NCBI RefSeq assembly: GCF_001194135.2
Contig: NC_068982.1
Span: 64,152,625 to 64,189,203 of the forward strand
From: Octopus bimaculoides
Taxonomy: Eukaryota
Length of the DNA stretch: 36,579 bases
Reading direction: 5' to 3'
The translations under genes were made by a program, and so were the position numbers. How positions within the stretch are numbered: position 1 is the first letter of the stretch; each line of letters opens with the position of its first letter. The notes below the pieces were generated by a model. It had not been told where the DNA came from, made no database searches, and saw only the letters and a program-made list of their open reading frames with translations. Shown piece by piece: positions 34,388 to 36,579 of this stretch.

Positions 34388-36077
34388 GATACAACTCTTT
34401 AAAATAACCGTTCTGCAATGTATCTTCTTTTTTCGTAGAAAGAAATGCAGCAAAACGAAGGAAATATCTTCATTTATATTGAAGGTCAAAAATAAAATCA
34501 CAGATGCAAACAAGAAATGGACATGTCTTAATAACATCATCTGATAGGATGTTAAGTAATTTTTAAGTAAAGTTTTGTGATATCATGGCCCATTCAAGTG
34601 TAGCAAGTTGTTGACTATGATGTATCCATTATCCAGATATAGATGGCTTATCTGGTATCTCTTGAAAAAAAAAATTGTCCTGATATCGTTTGAAGGTGAT
34701 GGGTTATTTTTTCGATTTGTTTTGGGATATGTAATTAATCATATTAAAAGCATTAAGATATATAAACTTTCAGCAATTTTGGTTTTATATTTATTTCTAA
34801 CTTTGATAAGGTCACTCCTTTGTAAATGATGGACAAATGTAAGGTTAGAGTAAAGTATTTGCTCAAATTCTTCATATTGTTCTTAAGAATGCAAAGTGAA
34901 GCTACACCCGTGTAATTTCTTCAGATAAGAAATATTCCTGCCCAATATCAAATATAATGAATAGATCTCTGATTGATAATGTTCAACTAATTTAGTCTCT
35001 ATCAAACTTGCGTTAAATAAATAACATATCCTATTCTTTTTTTTTTTTTTAATAAAATGGGAATATATTTTCAAATGCTATATGATAAGAGAACAACAAC
35101 CATAAAAATTATACCCCTATAAAGTTATATTATGATTATATATTCTTGGAGAATTATTCAATTTATCCACTTTACCAGTCTTCCAACAGTTACATGCATT
35201 TTAATAATAGTTGTTTCCACGTACTGTTCTATATAATAAAACAGCAGGAACACATTCTCAGAAAACCTCTTCGAATATTAGCAACAACATTTAGTTTACA
35301 GAAGAGGAAGAGTGTACATGACCACATGACTTTTGATCAGAAGCATAAAGCGTTATCAATTGACAACAGAACAAACTAAATAGGGCCACTAAATAGCTGG
35401 TTGGAAATTCTATATATAAAAATTATATAAAGCATATTTGAAATTGATGAAGCTATGCTTGCTGAGTAAACTATAAATATTGTCTTACTAAAGTGTTTTA
35501 TCGATCACGAAATGCTTAAATTTATTTCTTGGCTTGTATGGATGTTTTACACTTTATACATGCCTATCGCAGGCCGTAGGTTGGACATACACGTGTTATT
35601 TGCAGGTCCTCACTATCACTATACATGTAGGTTAAGTCATCCTTCAGAGAGCAACGTTATAAAGATAACGAGTATTTTAAATTAAATGCTTCTCTCTCCA
35701 GTAACACTAAAAAGTGAGTGACAGATGGCTGCTGTTACATCGTTTTAAGTGACTGGTGGGAATATTTGAAAGGGGATGTGCTGAAATGATCTCAATTTAA
35801 TGCACTCGTTCCCCTGTGGATGCATTTGGACAAATGCAGATCGCATAACTAATCGCAACAAAAGTAGCTTCCACACATTTAAAAAAAAAACAAAATAGAA
35901 TAGAAAGAGAAATAAAATGGTCTATTAACTTTATCTAATACATCACAATTACAACGTGTTCATAATGGTCTAACGATGTACAATGAAATAATAGAGTTTA
36001 TGAGACTCGATAAGCAAAAGGAATGTAATAGCGGTGTAATGAGGTTGAGATAATTAAATGAAGGCTGTTATAATTAC

Positions 36078-36579
36078 GCCAGTACATAAATATATACATA
36101 TATGTATGTATATATGAACGTATATGTATGCATATGTATACATATGTATGTATTTATATACATGTATATATATATATGTATATATGTGTGCATATATATG
36201 TATATATGTATAAATGTATATTTACATATATATGTATATATGTATGTATATATATATATATATGTACATGCATATATGTATATATATGTATATATATGTG
36301 TATATGTATATAGATGCATATATATGTATATATATATATGTATATATATGTATATATATATATGTATATATATGCATATGTAAGTAGATGTATGTATATG
36401 TTTATATATATATGTATGTATATGTCTATGTATATGCATATGTATGCATGTATATATATGTATATATATATTTATGTAGATATATGTATATGTATATATG
36501 TGCATATATGTATATGTATATAAATATATATATATGTATGTATATATATGTATATATCTATATGTATATATCTATATGT
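36078..36579. repeat. (TA)/(TG)-rich low-complexity tract
   Basis: Direct reading of the sequence. Confidence 0.95.

Noticed and set aside
1-36579. CRISPR arrays, operons or other prokaryotic systems
   Set aside because: The sequence is eukaryotic repeat-rich DNA; no regularly spaced repeat-spacer array is present.

Overview
AT-rich, microsatellite-dense eukaryotic DNA with several N gaps. It is most likely an intronic or intergenic segment of an octopus (coleoid cephalopod) genome; this is inferred from the resemblance of the tRNA-derived SINEs to octopus SINE families and was not checked by a search. No complete host gene can be supported, and almost every listed ORF is a microsatellite or N-gap artefact. 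Recognisable content: four tRNA-derived SINE families (labelled A-D here; more than 20 copies, mostly minus strand), three decayed mariner transposase remnants, two R4/Dong-clade non-LTR retrotransposon fragments (one inside a (TAA)n tract), an RTE reverse-transcriptase fragment, a gag/zinc-knuckle-only element between ~95-bp direct repeats, a large foldback element and several MITE-like palindromes. The most notable signal, invisible to the ORF track, is three type I hammerhead-ribozyme folds, all on the minus strand. One is a minimal hammerhead (8102-8156) inside a ~350-nt partially tandem retrozyme/Penelope-like unit. One has a canonical core and a ~77-nt stem II domain (34272-34387). One is degenerate and minimal (16763-16799). 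A few small plus-strand exon candidates are weakly suggested.
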